Source: Neophaeotheca triangularis (taxonomy: Eukaryota). From it: a DNA stretch of 64,000 nt. This document shows positions 61,133 to 64,000 of the stretch, piece by piece; position 1 is the stretch's first letter; each line of letters opens with the position of its first letter. The translations under genes and the position numbers were made by a program. The notes beneath the pieces were generated by a model. It ran no database searches, was not told the origin of the DNA, and saw only the letters and a program-made list of their open reading frames with translations. The stretch is from contig BAAIJX010000011.1 of the NCBI GenBank assembly GCA_054600435.1, forward strand, positions 434,001-498,000, read 5' to 3'.

Positions 61133-61733
61133 CTGGCAGCTCTCTTCCTCTCTCTCACAAGACCTCGGTTTCCAGGAGAGCGCGCCGTGGGTGATGGTAC
61201 CTACCTACACAGAACACGCAGGCCTGGAGGTGTCACGGGTTTGCAGAAGCGGCACGAGCTGCGTGAGCTGCTTTTCGCTGCGGTGCTGGGCGCATCAACA
61301 ATAGTAATTAATCAGTCAATAATCACCAGTTGGCGCATGTGATCTGTAGGTAGTGGATCTGGGTCCCATCCTATACTTCCTACCTAGGTACTATCCAGGC
61401 TTGCAATTAATTTAATGCAGGTGCATGTGCATGTGCAAATTGATAGGTGCCGCCTTTGTCTACCCAATGTCACGTCACGTGCCTATAGCAGAGCTCGAAA
61501 CTTTTTATGCGCTACGCTACGCTAGTATAAGCTCCTACATACTCTTCGACTTTTGCGAGGACTGCACGTACTACTGCTGCACCTCTTGCCTGCACATTGC
61601 CTTGCTTCTGGAGTCGAAGAGAAGGTGGAGGAGTCTTATTTTGCGGTCCCTGTGTATCCAGCAAAAAAGGGGAAAACCCGTCCTCAAGCGCGACACCGAG
61701 CCGGACTTTTCTTTCCCATTCAGTGCCCAGACA

Positions 61734-64000
61734 ATGGCACCTTCAGCCACTACTACGGCCACAGCGACAACATGGTCAACCGAGTTTGACACCAAGCGTC
61801 GCCATCGGCTGTTTCGAGACCCGCCAAGGGACCACACGGCGTATCCTTCCCTCGCCGAAGCAATCAAGCCGCATGTAGGCTCCTTCAACGGTATATTTGC
61901 GCCAAACGGACAGTTACACCATGCGCTTCGAGATGTCGGCACAAAGACCTTTCTGGACGGCGATCCGTCCTCCGCAGGCGCCGACGACGAGTCCGAGCCT
62001 GTGTCGCGCAACCGGCTGCAGCTGAGGGTCCGCGAGGTTTTTCTCGAAAAGAGCATGCTTCCGCCGAGTAATAAGGTTGAGACGAACAAGAGGGAGATAT
62101 TACCGGTTGAATGCAGAGAAAGACACGCCTCATATCGGGGAAGGTTTCGCGGGCGGCTAGAATACAGGATAAACGATGGGGATTGGAAGGAGTCCATTCG
62201 GGAGTTCGGCCATGTGCCCATCATGTTGCGCTCCAACAGGTGCCATCTCGAGGGTCTCACACCGAAGGAGCTGGTTGACAAGAGGGAGGAAACTGAAGAG
62301 CTCGGCGGCTACTTTATCGTGAACGGCAATGAGAAGCTAATTCGTATGCTCATCGTGAATCGTCGCAACTTCCCCATGGCCATTATAAGACCGTCCTTTG
62401 TGAATCGAGGCGCATCATACACGAAGTTCGGCATTCAAATACGTTCAGTGAGACCAGATCAATCCTCGCAAACCAACGTCCTGCACTATCTGGGCGACGG
62501 CAACGTCACGTTCCGATTTTCTTGGAGGAAGAATGAATATCTCGTTCCTGTCATGATGGTACTGAACGCTCTGACCGAAACAAACGACCGCGAGATATTT
62601 GAGGGACTAGTGGGACCGGCCGGTAGCAAGGGCCTGGAGGGAAAGCAATTTGTGACCGACAGGGTTGAGCTATTGTTGAGAACATACAAGGCGTACGATA
62701 TTCACGGGAAAGCGAAGACAAGGGCATATCTGGGAAGCAAATTCAGAATCGTGCTTGGCGTTCCCGAAGATCTCAGCGATGATGAGGCCGGCACGGAGTT
62801 TCTGCGCAAGATTGTTTTACCTCACCTCGGTTCCTACGACGTCACGGATGCCCAGGATGCGGACAAGTTCAGGATGCTGGTCTTCATGACCAGGAAACTT
62901 TATGCCCTAGTCGAAGGGGAGTGCTCCATCGACAATCCCGACGCTGTTCAAAGCCAAGAGATCCTTCTTCCCGGAGCCCTCTACGGAATGATTATCAAGG
63001 AGCGGGTAGAAGAGTGGCTCACCTCTGTCGGCGCTAGCTTACGAGACTGGAGCCGCAGCAACCAATACCCAAAGTTCACCAGTAAAGAATTTGAGCGAGA
63101 CTTCATGAACAAGGTAGTGCGAAAAACGAATGAAAACCTGGGCCAGGCACTTGACTACTTCCTTTCAACGGGCAACCTTGTCAGCCCTAGTGGATTGGAT
63201 CTCCAACAGACCTCTGGGTTTACAGTCATGGCTGAGAAGATCAATTTCTATCGATTCATCAGCCACTTCAGGATGGTGCACAGAGGTAGCTTCTTCGCGC
63301 AGCTGAAGACAACAACAGTCAGAAAGCTGCTCCCGGAAAGCTGGGGCTTCTTGTGTCCCGTACATACCCCAGACGGTAGTCCATGTGGGCTGCTGAACCA
63401 TTTGGCTCACAAGTGCAAGATTGACACTGAAGGCTTCGACACATCTCATCTCCCACAACTCATCGCGCAACTTGGCCTCGCGAGCTCTTCGGCAGCAACG
63501 CTTGCAGACAGTGTGGTTGTCCAACTCGACGGACGTATCCTGGGATTCTGTTCTCCCAAGCAAGCAAAAGTGATTGCAGATACCCTGCGATACTGGAAGG
63601 TTGGGGGCAACCACAACATCCCTCTCGGCTTGGAGGTTGGCTACATACCAAGCTCTAACGGTGGGCAATACCCTGGCGTGTATATGTTTTCTACGCCTGC
63701 ACGGATGCTTAGGCCTGTCAAATACCTCCCGCTTAATCGAACGGACTTTGTGGGCCCTTTTGAACAGCCCTTCATGTCTATCGCGTGTACGGAGCCGGAA
63801 ATCGTCTCAGGAGATTCAACGCATGTCGAGTACGATCCTACGAACATATTGTCGATCGTCGCGAACCAGACACCTTTCTCCGACTTCAACCAATCGCCTC
63901 GAAACATGTACCAGGTGAGTTCTCAAGGACCTTCCAATCTGCATCCCTCTATATTGCTACTAACACTTCCTCTCCTAGTGTCAAATGGGCAAGCAAACTA
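61734..64000 (+). CDS. RPA135: RNA polymerase I second-largest subunit (A135), 3'-partial; intron 63915-63978
   Basis: Missing from the ORF track, probably because the frame has no stop inside the window. From ATG 61734: PHVGSFN, ECRERHASY, GGYFIVNGNEKLIR, VRPDQSS, HFRMVHRGSFF.QLKTTTVRKLLPESWGFLCPVHTPDGSPCGLLNHL, PFSDFNQSPRNMYQ|CQMGKQ. Confidence 0.96.
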   Translation, partial: MAPSATTTATATTWSTEFDTKRRHRLFRDPPRDHTAYPSLAEAIKPHVGSFNGIFAPNGQLHHALRDVGTKTFLDGDPSSAGADDESEPVSRNRLQLRVREVFLEKSMLPPSNKVETNKREILPVECRERHASYRGRFRGRLEYRINDGDWKESIREFGHVPIMLRSNRCHLEGLTPKELVDKREETEELGGYFIVNGNEKLIRMLIVNRRNFPMAIIRPSFVNRGASYTKFGIQIRSVRPDQSSQTNVLHYLGDGNVTFRFSWRKNEYLVPVMMVLNALTETNDREIFEGLVGPAGSKGLEGKQFVTDRVELLLRTYKAYDIHGKAKTRAYLGSKFRIVLGVPEDLSDDEAGTEFLRKIVLPHLGSYDVTDAQDADKFRMLVFMTRKLYALVEGECSIDNPDAVQSQEILLPGALYGMIIKERVEEWLTSVGASLRDWSRSNQYPKFTSKEFERDFMNKVVRKTNENLGQALDYFLSTGNLVSPSGLDLQQTSGFTVMAEKINFYRFISHFRMVHRGSFFAQLKTTTVRKLLPESWGFLCPVHTPDGSPCGLLNHLAHKCKIDTEGFDTSHLPQLIAQLGLASSSAATLADSVVVQLDGRILGFCSPKQAKVIADTLRYWKVGGNHNIPLGLEVGYIPSSNGGQYPGVYMFSTPARMLRPVKYLPLNRTDFVGPFEQPFMSIACTEPEIVSGDSTHVEYDPTNILSIVANQTPFSDFNQSPRNMYQVSSQGPSNLHPSILLLTLPLLVSNGQAN

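Overview
Gene-dense 64 kb segment of a filamentous ascomycete nuclear genome. It has short GT-AG introns with CTRAC/CTAAC branch points and few introns overall; a Dothideomycete of the Capnodiales/Mycosphaerellales type is my inference, not something I can prove. About 24 protein-coding loci are present: a partial hybrid histidine kinase, an ankyrin-DIL protein, allantoicase, a kinesin-10/Kid-like motor, a secreted PLC-like phosphodiesterase, a CYP52-clan P450, a GH20 hexosaminidase, PRO2, a Crh-type GH16, NAD-GDH, an H1-tail-like basic protein, a mitochondrial carrier, ATG9, sphingolipid delta-8 desaturase, CSN3, GH93, PEP4, ATG26/UGT51, an RCR-family protein, ARL8, a partial RPA2 and several hypotheticals. 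I found no rRNA, complete tRNA, transposon or CRISPR. The most striking observation is in the Crh/GH16 gene. Two consensus splice donors 4 nt apart (GTGAGTAAGC) share one acceptor, so the downstream exon is read in two frames, and both frames end in a GPI-anchor-type signal. This predicts a short anchored form, a long anchored form with an extra repeat module, and possibly an unanchored intron-retained form. Three secreted-hydrolase genes each carry a single-base anomaly: an in-frame TAA in the PLC-like gene, a 1-nt frameshift in GH20 that a cryptic donor could bypass, and an aberrant donor in GH93. TAGGTA/TACCTA clusters recur in promoters.
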